NCBI GenBank assembly: GCA_044220955.1
Contig: JBGAQA010000007.1
Span: forward strand, 65,402-129,401
Direction of reading: 5' to 3'
Source: Sandaracinaceae bacterium
GTDB taxonomy: Bacteria; Myxococcota_A; Polyangia; Polyangiales; Sandaracinaceae
DNA: 64,000 nt
The notes under the pieces are model-generated. The model was not told the DNA's origin and searched no databases. It saw nothing but the letters and a program-made list of their open reading frames with translations. Position numbers and translations under genes: made by a program. The first letter of the stretch is position 1. Each line of letters starts with the position of its first letter. Below are positions 9,999 to 24,005 of this stretch, in pieces.

Positions 9999-10222
9999 TT
10001 GACACCCCCGCCCTCGATGCTAGATCCGGCCCTCTCGCGAGCGACCTGCGGTTTCACCCAGGAAATCCAGCCACTTCCGAGAGAACCTGAGCGTCCGAAG
10101 AAAAACTCCTTGACGTCTTCGCAGACCGGAGTACAAAGCGCCCCCTTCCACTGAAGAGCCGGTCCCCTTCGTTCGGCTCCCGACCAGCAGAAGTTGACGT
10201 GGAGAGCAATCTCCGCTAGGCT
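9999..10222 (+). promoter_or_regulatory. Three tandem sigma70-like rRNA promoters
   Basis: TTGACA(9999)-N16-TAGATC; TTGACG(10110)-N16-TACAAA followed by GC-rich gcgccccc; TTGACG(10194)-N17-TAGGCT. A/T tracts precede the first two. Confidence 0.6.
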
Positions 10223-10479
10223 CCTAAGCCCCCGAGACGGCGCCCTCGACAAGAGGTTTGCCATCTCCTCGGTCCTTGAAAACCGAATCGGACGACTCCG
10301 TGATTGAATTCACGGGTCCCGCATCTCGAAAGAGATGCACGGTCTCTCGAAAGAGAGATTGTCGAGTAAGAGCAACGAGTTCGACTCGAGGCACTCACCT
10401 TCGATGGTGACGGTCACGAGAAGAGCTTGGGTCTCGCTCACAGTAGGCGGTTCCGACTTCGGTCGGAGCTACCAAGAAT

Positions 10480-12043
<1,564 letters not shown>

Positions 12044-12279
12044 CGAATACTGATTCTCGGCTCTTCGGAGCGACGGAGAACAGTCAGCTCGGTCAAGCCC
12101 GTCGAATCTCTAGAGCTTCGAGCTCGAAATCACAAAAGTCGTCCGGTCCGGTTTTCAGGGGCCGATCCCGTCCGCCCGCCGCCTCAATTTCCCCGAGGCT
12201 GCCGGCCAAAGAGACGGATCGCTCCTTGAAACGATGGAACCCTCACGCCCCGATCCACCGATCTGGGCGATTCGCATCC

Positions 12280-12353
<74 letters not shown>

Positions 12354-12365
12354 CTCTGGACCTCC

Positions 12366-12438
12366 GGGGTTGTAGCTCAGCTGGGAGAGCACCGGCTTTG
12401 CAAGCCGGGGGTCACCGGTTCGATCCCGGTCAGCTCCA
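12366..12438 (+). tRNA. tRNA-Ala(TGC)
   Basis: Acceptor GGGGTTG/CAGCTCC with G3:U70, anticodon loop TTTGCAA. CCA not encoded. Confidence 0.97.
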
Positions 12439-12706
12439 TCAGGGTCTCCATCGACACGAGTCGTTCTCTGGTCTTCCTTCACGAGCTCCTCTCGAGCTGG
12501 TGAGCGAAGACGAGGCATCGCCTCGGTGGCTCTCTGAAAACTGAATATGGAAGTGTGTTGCTGAATCGGTCCAGGCATCTCCTGGGCTGGTTCTGTAGAC
12601 GAGTCTATGGCGCGACACCGCGGCGAGTCGGCGGAGACCCATCGAGAGATGGAGCTCTTGCGACGAACCCCGGTCTCGAGTCACGACGCGTGCCTTAGGG
12701 ATAATT

Positions 12707-15667
<2,961 letters not shown>

Positions 15668-15877
15668 ATCTCTAAGGCAAACGTCAGATTCGAGATCGGG
15701 GTTGGGAGTAAGAGCCGTTGCGCCACCGCGAGGTGGAAACGAGCCGCTCTCGGCCCCGCGGTACCTCCAGACGCTGGTTCTTCGGAACGGCGGGAGGGCG
15801 CACACGAGCTCGAGACGACAGGTGACTGTCCAATCTCCGAGCCGTGTAGACGAGTCGAGAGACACACTTCCGCATCT

Positions 15878-15993
15878 TCCGGTGGCAACGTCGGAGGGGC
15901 CATACCCGATCCCATCCCGAACTCGGAAGTCAAGCCCTCCAGAGCCGATGGTACTGCTCGCGTGAGTGAGTGGGAGAGTAGGACGCCGCCGGG
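15878..15993 (+). rRNA. rrf: 5S rRNA
   Basis: CCGGTGGC...CCCATCCCGAACTCGGAAGTCAAG...GATGGTACT...GGGAGAGTAGGACGCCGCCGG. Confidence 0.97.
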
Positions 15994-16002
15994 TCTATCT
16001 TC

Positions 16003-16042
16003 GAGCCCCGCTTCGTGATGAACGAAGCGGGGCTCTCTTTTT
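16003..16042 (+). terminator. Rho-independent terminator of the rRNA operon
   Basis: GAGCCCCGCTTCGT-GATGA-ACGAAGCGGGGCTC (14-bp stem) followed by TCTTTTT. Confidence 0.9.
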
Positions 16043-16084
16043 CCGTCTCGCGCTTTGCGCGCGGCGTGGTAGCCGTGGCCGGAA

Positions 16085-17338
16085 ATGAGCGAGCATCCCT
16101 ACTTCTTCACCTGGGCGGCACAGCGCGGCGCGGTGCCCCAGGAGATCGTCGGCGGTGAGGGTGCGAGGTTTCGGACCGCTGACGGGGCCACGTGGCTCGA
16201 CTTCGCATCGCTCTCGTACCAGGCGAACCTGGGGCACGGCAACCAGCGGGTCATCGACGCGATCAAGCGCCAGGCAGACGCGCTCCTTCTGACCACACCC
16301 GGCGGCGCCTATCCGGCCAAGACCGCCCTCGCGCGGCGGCTTCTCGAGAAGGCGCCGCCCGGGTTCACCAAGGTGTTCTTCACCCTCGGCGGCGCGGAGG
16401 CGACCGAGAACGCCCTCAAGATCGCGCGGATGGTGACCGGGCGCCACAAGCTCGTCGCGCGCTATCGCAGCTATCACGGGGCCTCGATGGGCGCGCTCAG
16501 TCTGAGTGGGGACTACCGGCGGCCGCCGCTCGAGCCGGGCCTGGTCGGTGTGGTCCACGTGCTGGACTGCTACGAGTCACGGCTCGCGGGAGGCGCGCGA
16601 ATCGTCGAAGGCGGCGGCTCCGCAGAGGCGCTCGGTCGAACCTTGGAGCTCGAGGGCCCTCGGTCGGTCGCCGCGGTGTTCATCGAGCCGGTGCCCGGCG
16701 CGAACGGGGTGCTCGTGCCGCCGCGCGGCTACTGGGACGAGGTCCGCGCCGCGTGCGACCGGCAGGGGACCCTGCTGGTGGCCGACTGCGTGCTCGACGG
16801 CTTCGGGCGCCTCGGAGCGTTCTACGGGTTCGAGGCGATCGGCGCCGCCGCCCCGGACCTGATCACGATCAGCAAAGGCCTGACCGGCGGATACGCGCCA
16901 CTGGGGGCGGTCCTCGTTCACGAGCGCGTCGCCAGCTTCTTCGAGGATCACGTCCTCTACGCCGGGCTCACGTTCTACGGGCACCCACTCGGCGTCGCCG
17001 CCGCGCTCGAGGCGATGGCGGTCTACGACGACGAACAGCTCGTCGCACGGGCTCGCATCCTCGGGGACCGCCTGCGCGCGGCCGTCGAGTCCATGCAGGA
17101 CCGGCACCGCGGCCTGATCCTGCGGACTCGCTCGCTCGGCCTGCTCGCGGCCATCGAGCTCGACGTGGACGACGCGCGGTTCGGGCGGCTCGAGCGCGAG
17201 CTGGCTGGCCGGCGCCTGATGACGCATCCGAACCGGCGCATCCGCACGCTGATCGTCTCGCCGCCGCTGGTCGTACGCGAGGACGAGCTCGACGAGGGTC
17301 TCGCCGCGCTCGAGGCGTCGCTGCTCGCCTCCGCGTGA
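16085..17338 (+). CDS. Class-III (omega) aminotransferase
   Basis: NLGHG, GGAEATENA, SYHGAS, FIEPV, ADCVLDGFGR, PDLITISKGLTGGY (PLP Lys present), GLTFYGHP. Confidence 0.9.
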   Translation: MSEHPYFFTWAAQRGAVPQEIVGGEGARFRTADGATWLDFASLSYQANLGHGNQRVIDAIKRQADALLLTTPGGAYPAKTALARRLLEKAPPGFTKVFFTLGGAEATENALKIARMVTGRHKLVARYRSYHGASMGALSLSGDYRRPPLEPGLVGVVHVLDCYESRLAGGARIVEGGGSAEALGRTLELEGPRSVAAVFIEPVPGANGVLVPPRGYWDEVRAACDRQGTLLVADCVLDGFGRLGAFYGFEAIGAAAPDLITISKGLTGGYAPLGAVLVHERVASFFEDHVLYAGLTFYGHPLGVAAALEAMAVYDDEQLVARARILGDRLRAAVESMQDRHRGLILRTRSLGLLAAIELDVDDARFGRLERELAGRRLMTHPNRRIRTLIVSPPLVVREDELDEGLAALEASLLASA

Positions 17339-17386
17339 TGCTTCGGCCGGGTGCGTGAGCTGCGGGGCGGTCTATGCTCACGTGTG

Positions 17387-20300
17387 ATGCCCATCGCAGG
17401 TGACTACATCGGCGGTGCGTTCGTGCTCGCCGAAGGCGAGAGCCTCGTCTCCCGGAATCCGTCCAAGGGTTCGTCCGTCGTCGTGGAGACCACGTGGAGC
17501 GACGTGCAGGTCGGGCGGGCGGTCGTGGCGGCGAGCGAGGCACAGCGCAGCTGGTCGCGGCTCTCGCTCGACGATCGCTGGGCGGCGCTGGTTCGTTTCC
17601 GCTCCGCGATCGAGCAGCGCAAGGAGAGGCTCGCGGACGCGATCGTGCAGGAAATCGGCAAGATCCGGAGCGAAGCGCGGACGGAGATCCAGACGCTGCT
17701 CGGCCGCTTCGACGTCACGGCGGGCGTCGTTCGCGGCGAGCTGCGCGATGGCCCGCTGCCGGGGTTCCCCAACGAGGCGCTGCGGTGGCACCCGCACGGC
17801 GTCGTCGGCGTGATCGGGCCGTTCAATTTCCCGCTCCATCTCTGCCACGCGCACGTCGTGCCGGCGCTGCTGCTCGGGAACACCGTCGTGGTGAAGCCCA
17901 GCGAGCTCGCGCCGCTCTGCGGCGTTCGGTATGCGGAGGCTGCCCACGCGGCGGGGCTGCCGCCGGGCGTGCTCAACGTGGTGCAGGGCCGGGGCGCGAC
18001 CGGGGCGGCGATGGTCGCCCATCCCCGGGTGCATGGGCTGGCGTTCACGGGAAGCTGGCCGGTGGGGCGGCGCATCGCCGAGGCGGCGCTCGATCGGCCG
18101 GAGATGCTGGTGGCGCTCGAGATGGGCGGGAAGAACACGGCGATCGTGTGTCAGGACGCCGACGTGCGGCAAGCTGCGCACGAGATCGTCGTCGGGGGCT
18201 ACCTCACCACCGGGCAGCGCTGCACGTGCACCGACCGCGTGCTCGTGCACCGGGCCAAGAAGCGGGCGCTGGTCGATGCGCTCCGCCCTCTCGTCGCGGG
18301 GCTGGTGTTCGGCGATCCGGACGACCCGCTCGCTTTCGCGGGCCCCCTCGCGAGCGAGCCAGGGCGCGAGAAGCTCGAGGTCGCGATGGCCGCTGTCGAG
18401 CGCGCCGGCGCCGAGTGCGTCGTCGAGGGCAAGCGGCTGCAAGGCGGTGTCTTCAGGACCGCGTCGTTCCACGTCCTGCCGGACGGGCTCCATCACGTGC
18501 CGGGATACACCGACGTGGAGCTCTTCGGCCCCGATCTCGGCATCGAGACCTTCGACGACGACGACGAGGCCGTCTCGCTGATCGACGCGTCCCCCTACGG
18601 GTTCGCGAACAGCGTCTTCACGGGCGACGACGCGCGCTTCGATCGCTACTACAGGGACACACGGGTCGGGATCCTCAACCGCAACCGCTCGACGAACCAG
18701 GCAAGTCCGCGCCTCCCGTTCGGGGGGACCGGCCGGAGCGGGAACTTCCGCCCGGCGGGGAGCTTCGCCGCGCGCAACCTCGCGATCCCCGTGGCCGTGC
18801 AGTCGAACGTGGCGGGCGCGTTTCCGGTGCTGTCGGCGCTGCGCGCTACGCTGATCACGCCGGACCTCGACGAGCTCGAGGCGCATCACGAGCGCGAAGA
18901 ACGGGCCGACGCCGCGCGCACTCTCGTCGATCGACCGCGACCGGTGGCGTTGCACCGACCGGTCGGTGGGTCCCTGCCGCGCTCGTCCGCGCTTCTCGAG
19001 CGCTTCCACGCGAGTGATCGGACACCGCGCGAGCAGCAGCCGTCGGTGTTCGATCATCTGCGCAGCCATGGGCCCTGGCACGTGTCCGTGGATGACGAGC
19101 CGCTCTCGGTGCTCGATGCGTCGAGCCAGATGGCGATGCTGCCACTCGGGTTCATGCACGAGTCGATGGTGCGCGCGTACGTCGATGGCGCCTTCGGCAC
19201 CGCGGCCCTGCGCTCGTCCGATCTGCTCGACGGGCACGGCGAAGGCGCTCGCTTCGCCGCTGCATACGCGGACACGCTGCGTGCGCTCGTTCCCGGGTAC
19301 CCGACGGTCGCGTTCACCGCCTCGGGAGCGGAGGCCAACGAGAAGGCGTTCGTCCTCGCTCGCGCCCACACCGATGCGCTCGGCTGGCGGGCGACGAAGC
19401 TGCTCGCGTTCGAGGGAGGCTTCCACGGGCGCTCGCTCCTCGCGCTCCACGCGAGTCACGCGGCCGCCCTGCGGGAGGCCTCCGAGCTCCCTGGATACGA
19501 GGTGGACTTCGCGCCTTTCCCGTGTTGCGACGACTCCCACGGCTTGGAGCCGCCGGAGCCGGAGGGGTTCCGGGAGCTCTGCGGGCGCGGGGAGGTCGAC
19601 GCGCTCGTCGCTCGCTTCGGCACGGTCGAAGATCCCCTGCTCGCTGCCGAGGTAGCCTCACTCGCGCACGTCGCCCGGCTCGTCGCGGCGCGCACGCACT
19701 TCGCCGTGGTCGTGGAGCCGATGCAGTCGGAGGGCGGCGAGCGCTACGCCACGGCACGGTTTCACCGCGGCCTCCGGCTCGTGACACGTGCGCTCGGTGT
19801 GCCCTTGATCGTCGACGAGGTGCAGTGCGGCTTCGGAATCGGTGGGCCCTTCGTGTGGCACGCGTCGTTCGGCTACGTGGATCGGGTGGGCGCTCCCGAT
19901 CGGCCCGACGCGATCACGTTCGCCCAGCGTGCCGAGGTGGGCGTCGTGATGAGCACGCTCGCCGACGTCGAGCCGACACAGACCTTCGCCGCCTCGCTCG
20001 TGCGCGGCCGTCTGCACGCGCTCCGGATCGCCGAGACCGACGAGGCCCACCGCGTCGAGTCGCTCGTGCGACCGAAGCTGGCCGCGCTCGCCCGCAGCTG
20101 GGGCCACCGAATCGCGCGGCCCCGCGCGTGTGGGTTCACGCTGGCGTTCGATCTCGCTTCGCCAGCAGAGCGCGATGCGTACGTCGGACAGCGCCTTTGG
20201 CGTGGTGCGATGGTGGTGGCCGCGGGCGAGCGTACCGTCCGGTATCGCCTCGGGTCGGCCTTCGGCGAGCGCGAGATCGACCAGCTCTTCACGGCAATCC

Positions 20301-22027
20301 GCCAGTCGCTCGCGTGGCTGGAGGCACACCCGGGGAAGGAGCCCCCCGCGTGGGAAGACCTCGACACGCCCCGCCCGACCGAGGGTGACGCCGGGATCCG
20401 GGTGCGAGAGATCGGCGCCGACGAGGTGCTCGTGGTCTTGCCCCAGATCCTCGCGCTGGAGGGTCGAGCCCACGACCCTGCGCACCGTGCGTCGGAGCGA
20501 CGCCTGCGCGCGGGTGTCGAGGATCCGGACGGCGTCGTGATCGTCGCGGAGCGCGTCGCCGAAGGTCGCGCCGAGATCGTGGGCCACGCGATCGGCGTGC
20601 CGCTCGAGCGCGCGTCGGAGGACGTCGGGCCCGACGAGGATCCGGCGCACGGGAAGCTCGACACGCTCTACTCGGTGGCGCTCACCGTCGATGCGCCGCT
20701 CCGCGGATCGGGCATCGGCCGCCGCCTGAAGACCGCACAGCTTCGGGCCGCCGGCGACAGGCGCTCTGCCGACGGTTCGCCACGCTATCGCTTCCTCGCG
20801 GGCCGAGAGGAGCTCGGGCTGGTCGGCGCGACGGCGCGCCTGAACGACGCGCTCGGCGCGCACACCCTGTTCTGCGTCGCAGGCTCTTCCGACGCCGATC
20901 CGCCCCAGCGCTACTACCGCCTTCCGCTGCGGCCGATCGCGTCCCACGATGCGCCGGCTGCGGTCGCTTCGCCGGGCACGTCGTCGGGTCTGGTCACGCC
21001 ACTGGCGCAAGCACCCGCGTCGCTCGTGCGGGCCGAGCGCGACGGGCAGCTCACCGGTCCGGCGGTGCAGAAGATCGCGCTCTGCGACCACGTCACCCCT
21101 GCGATCGTGCGCGCGACCGAGTGGGTGACGGCGATCGCGCCCGACCATCCGCATCTCTTCTTCGCCTCCGGACGCGACGAGACGATGGACAAGACCCTCG
21201 GACTGCTCCGTTTCCACCGCAGGCAGGGGCGCGTCGTCCTCGGACTCGCCGGCGGATACGTGGGCCACACGACGGCGTGTGCGCGCTCGATCAGCGATCC
21301 GGAGGTGCACGCCGGAGGGCCGGCGCACTTCGAGTTCCCGCGGATTCCCCACCCGGCGGAGGTGGGTGAGGTCGCGTCGATCGAGGGGCTCCGCGAGAGC
21401 ATCGCTGCGGTGGGCGCGAAGGCCGTTCTCGGCGTCGTCGTCGAGATGGTGCAAGAGCGGACCGGGCGCGTTCTCTCGGACGCCTTCGTCGACGCGCTCG
21501 ACGGGCTGCGGCGCGAGACCGACGTTCCGATCGTCATCGTCGAGACGGCCAGCGCTTGCTACCGAAGCGGGCGCGGGCCCTTCGCGAGCAGCGCGCTCCG
21601 CGCGCGATTCGTCCCCGACGCCCTCGTCTGGTGGACGGGCGGGCAGCTCGGGCTGGTTCACGTCACGAGCAGGCTCTGGGTCGCCGCCCCGCACGTGTTC
21701 TCGTCGCGCTGGGACGGCGACGAGCTCTCGCTCGTGCAGGCCCACCACCAGCTCCGGGCAGCGCGGCGCGTCGACGTCCGGGTCGCGAGCGATGCGCTCG
21801 ATCGGGCACTCGCGCCGCTCGCGCGGCTCCGCGTGGACGGCCTCGGCCTGTACCGGGTCGTTCACGCCGGCGCGCAGGCCGCCGCCCTCGTCGCGACGCT
21901 GGCGACCCACGCCGTGCGCACGCACGCGCTCCCGAACGGGGGAGTGCCGATCGCGCCGCCGCTCGATCGTGCGCTCGCCGACGCGTCCGCGCTCGCCCTC
22001 GGAATCGCCGCCTATCCCAGGCGTTGA
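17387..22027 (+). CDS. Fusion: AstD-like aldehyde dehydrogenase + class-III aminotransferase fold + GNAT + degenerate class-III aminotransferase fold
   Basis: ALDH: GPFNFP, KPSE, FTGS, LEMGGKN, GQRCTC, ELFGP, PFGGTGRSGNFRP. AT1: SGAEANE, FHGRS, EPMQSEGG, DEVQCG. GNAT: LRGSGIG. AT2: SGRDE, GGYVGHT, VEMVQE. Single uninterrupted ORF; ATG 17387 inferred. Confidence 0.85.
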   Translation: MPIAGDYIGGAFVLAEGESLVSRNPSKGSSVVVETTWSDVQVGRAVVAASEAQRSWSRLSLDDRWAALVRFRSAIEQRKERLADAIVQEIGKIRSEARTEIQTLLGRFDVTAGVVRGELRDGPLPGFPNEALRWHPHGVVGVIGPFNFPLHLCHAHVVPALLLGNTVVVKPSELAPLCGVRYAEAAHAAGLPPGVLNVVQGRGATGAAMVAHPRVHGLAFTGSWPVGRRIAEAALDRPEMLVALEMGGKNTAIVCQDADVRQAAHEIVVGGYLTTGQRCTCTDRVLVHRAKKRALVDALRPLVAGLVFGDPDDPLAFAGPLASEPGREKLEVAMAAVERAGAECVVEGKRLQGGVFRTASFHVLPDGLHHVPGYTDVELFGPDLGIETFDDDDEAVSLIDASPYGFANSVFTGDDARFDRYYRDTRVGILNRNRSTNQASPRLPFGGTGRSGNFRPAGSFAARNLAIPVAVQSNVAGAFPVLSALRATLITPDLDELEAHHEREERADAARTLVDRPRPVALHRPVGGSLPRSSALLERFHASDRTPREQQPSVFDHLRSHGPWHVSVDDEPLSVLDASSQMAMLPLGFMHESMVRAYVDGAFGTAALRSSDLLDGHGEGARFAAAYADTLRALVPGYPTVAFTASGAEANEKAFVLARAHTDALGWRATKLLAFEGGFHGRSLLALHASHAAALREASELPGYEVDFAPFPCCDDSHGLEPPEPEGFRELCGRGEVDALVARFGTVEDPLLAAEVASLAHVARLVAARTHFAVVVEPMQSEGGERYATARFHRGLRLVTRALGVPLIVDEVQCGFGIGGPFVWHASFGYVDRVGAPDRPDAITFAQRAEVGVVMSTLADVEPTQTFAASLVRGRLHALRIAETDEAHRVESLVRPKLAALARSWGHRIARPRACGFTLAFDLASPAERDAYVGQRLWRGAMVVAAGERTVRYRLGSAFGEREIDQLFTAIRQSLAWLEAHPGKEPPAWEDLDTPRPTEGDAGIRVREIGADEVLVVLPQILALEGRAHDPAHRASERRLRAGVEDPDGVVIVAERVAEGRAEIVGHAIGVPLERASEDVGPDEDPAHGKLDTLYSVALTVDAPLRGSGIGRRLKTAQLRAAGDRRSADGSPRYRFLAGREELGLVGATARLNDALGAHTLFCVAGSSDADPPQRYYRLPLRPIASHDAPAAVASPGTSSGLVTPLAQAPASLVRAERDGQLTGPAVQKIALCDHVTPAIVRATEWVTAIAPDHPHLFFASGRDETMDKTLGLLRFHRRQGRVVLGLAGGYVGHTTACARSISDPEVHAGGPAHFEFPRIPHPAEVGEVASIEGLRESIAAVGAKAVLGVVVEMVQERTGRVLSDAFVDALDGLRRETDVPIVIVETASACYRSGRGPFASSALRARFVPDALVWWTGGQLGLVHVTSRLWVAAPHVFSSRWDGDELSLVQAHHQLRAARRVDVRVASDALDRALAPLARLRVDGLGLYRVVHAGAQAAALVATLATHAVRTHALPNGGVPIAPPLDRALADASALALGIAAYPRR

Positions 22028-22063
22028 TCCGGGCGCCCTGCTCGATTCATCCTTCCACGCCCC

Positions 22064-22624
22064 GTGTCCGAATTGCCCGAAGTCCCGCCCGAGGTTCCGT
22101 CCGAGACCGCGGCTGCTCCCGCGTCGCGCCTCACCTCGCTCGCGCTCGAGACGGCGCGCGTTCTCGTGGTCGGCGCGTGCCTCGGGCTCGGGTACGGGAT
22201 CGTCGGGGGTGTCCCCTCCGTGATCGAGTTCCGCACCGCGGCTTCGTGCGCCCCGCCGGTCGAGGCCCACCCGGAGATCGGGTGGATCGAGCAGGACGAT
22301 GCGCGCGCGCTGGTGGACGACGTGGACGTGGTCTTCGTCGATGCGCGCTCGCTCGCCGACTACGAGCGGGGTCACATCCCGAACGCGATCGCGATGCCCA
22401 TGGACACGGGCGCCATCGAGGAGTCGACGGCCGCCCTCGTCCGCGGGGCGCACACCGTCGTCGCCTACTGCGACACGTCTGCCGAGTGCGCGAGCAGCCG
22501 CCGCCTGGCGAGCCTGCTCAGCGAGGATGGTGCAGGCGACGTGCGCGTGCTCCGCGGCGGCATCCCCGAGTGGCTGTCGAACGACTTCCCGGCGGAGTCG
22601 GGACCTTGCCGGGTGTGCCCGTGA
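22064..22624 (+). CDS. Membrane-anchored rhodanese-like protein
   Basis: FVDARS, YERGHIPNAI, VAYCD, VLRGGIPEW. Confidence 0.88.
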   Translation: MSELPEVPPEVPSETAAAPASRLTSLALETARVLVVGACLGLGYGIVGGVPSVIEFRTAASCAPPVEAHPEIGWIEQDDARALVDDVDVVFVDARSLADYERGHIPNAIAMPMDTGAIEESTAALVRGAHTVVAYCDTSAECASSRRLASLLSEDGAGDVRVLRGGIPEWLSNDFPAESGPCRVCP

Positions 22625-23094
22625 GCGAGCTCTCCACGCGCCTCGCCTCACCGGGCGGGCGGGCGCTCATCGTCGTCCTCCGACTCGTCGTGGCGGCGGT
22701 CTTCCTCGGCGCGGCCCTCCCGAAGATCGCCGACCCGAGCACGTTCGCGACCGACATCGACAACTACCGCATGGTGCCCGACGCGCTGATCGGGCCCCTC
22801 GCCGTCGGCCTGCCCCTGCTCGAGGCGCTGGTCGCGGTCGCGCTCGTCACTGGCGTGCACGCACGGGGTGCGGCCATCGTGGCGAGCGGGATGCTGCTCG
22901 CGTTCGCGGTCGGGATGGTGCAGGCGATCGTGCGCGGAATCGACCTCGACTGCGGCTGCTTCGGGCACGTCGTCGAGACGCGCGTGAGCTGGCTGACGGT
23001 GACTCGCAACGTCGTGCTCACGATCGCATGCGGACCCGTCGTGCTCGGGCCCGATCTGCCGCTCTGGCCGCTGCGCCGCGCCGCGTCGCGCTGA
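22621..23094 (+). CDS. MauE/DoxX-family membrane protein
   Basis: RLVVAAVF...KIADP, LPLLE, RGIDLDCGCFG, RN. GTGA overlap with the rhodanese stop. Confidence 0.88.
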   Translation: MSELSTRLASPGGRALIVVLRLVVAAVFLGAALPKIADPSTFATDIDNYRMVPDALIGPLAVGLPLLEALVAVALVTGVHARGAAIVASGMLLAFAVGMVQAIVRGIDLDCGCFGHVVETRVSWLTVTRNVVLTIACGPVVLGPDLPLWPLRRAASR

Positions 23095-23100
23095 GGCGGC

Positions 23101-23931
23101 TCAGCCCTTCGTCACCTCGTTCATCCGGTTCTTCGCGCCGCCACGGGTCATCGCGAGCCGGAGCACTCCGGGAAGATGCTGGCCGACGAACGCGCCGACC
23201 CGACCGTGCCCCGTGAACACGAACTCGTGCTTGCGGGCCCAGATGGCGTCTGCCATCACGCGCGCTGCACGATCGGCGGGCCACATGAGGTTCTTCGGGC
23301 GCTTGTCCGCGCGCGACGGGTCGTGCACTCCGAGGTTGTCCACCTGCGCGATCTCGCTCTCGACGAAGCCCGGATGGATGAGCGTGACGCTGACCCCGCT
23401 GCCGGCGAGCTCGAGGTCGAGCGTCTGGCCGATCGAGCGCAGGGCGGCCTTGCTCGCGCTGTAGGCACCCACCCGCGGGGCGGGCACGAACGCCGACACG
23501 CTTGCCACGAAGACCACGCGTCCCCTGGTCTTCTCGAGGGCCGGCAACGCGCACGAGGCCGTGAGCGCCGCGCCGATCACGTTCGTGTCGAGCTGGCGTC
23601 GCCAGTCGTCCTTGGTGAGCGCTCGAATGGGCGCGGCCACGGAGAAACCGGCGTTGGCCACGACCACGTCGAGGCGCCCGAGCTCGCGCCCGATCGCACG
23701 GACGGCGTCCGCGAGCGAGGTCTCATCCGTCACGTCGCAAGGGACGGCGAGAGCCCGTCCGGCAATCGCCTCGATCGCGTGGACGACGTCGTCCAGGTTC
23801 GCGCGTCGGCGGCCCGAGACCGCGATCGTCGCGCCCTGACGCGCCAGCTCGATAGCCAGAGCTCTGCCGATGCCGCTTCCCGCGCCGGTGATCCACACCA
23901 CGAGACCGTCGAATCGTTTTTTCGCCGCCAT
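23101..23931 (-). CDS. Classical SDR oxidoreductase
   Basis: TGAGSGIG, NAG, YSASK, HPGFVES. Confidence 0.93.
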   Translation of the reverse strand: MAAKKRFDGLVVWITGAGSGIGRALAIELARQGATIAVSGRRRANLDDVVHAIEAIAGRALAVPCDVTDETSLADAVRAIGRELGRLDVVVANAGFSVAAPIRALTKDDWRRQLDTNVIGAALTASCALPALEKTRGRVVFVASVSAFVPAPRVGAYSASKAALRSIGQTLDLELAGSGVSVTLIHPGFVESEIAQVDNLGVHDPSRADKRPKNLMWPADRAARVMADAIWARKHEFVFTGHGRVGAFVGQHLPGVLRLAMTRGGAKNRMNEVTKG

Positions 23932-24005
23932 CGCGGCTCTCTATCATGCTTCGGCTCGTCACTTCTCTTCTCACGCCACCTCGCATTGGCTAGGGTCTCG
24001 GCCTC

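Noticed and set aside
15668..15877. Long 23S-5S spacer as a possible ncRNA or intervening sequence
   Set aside because: Its 5' part (TATCTCTAAGGCA, TCGAGATCGGGGTT) is complementary to sequence before the 23S, i.e. a normal processing stem. The 16S and 23S lengths leave no room for a large insertion.
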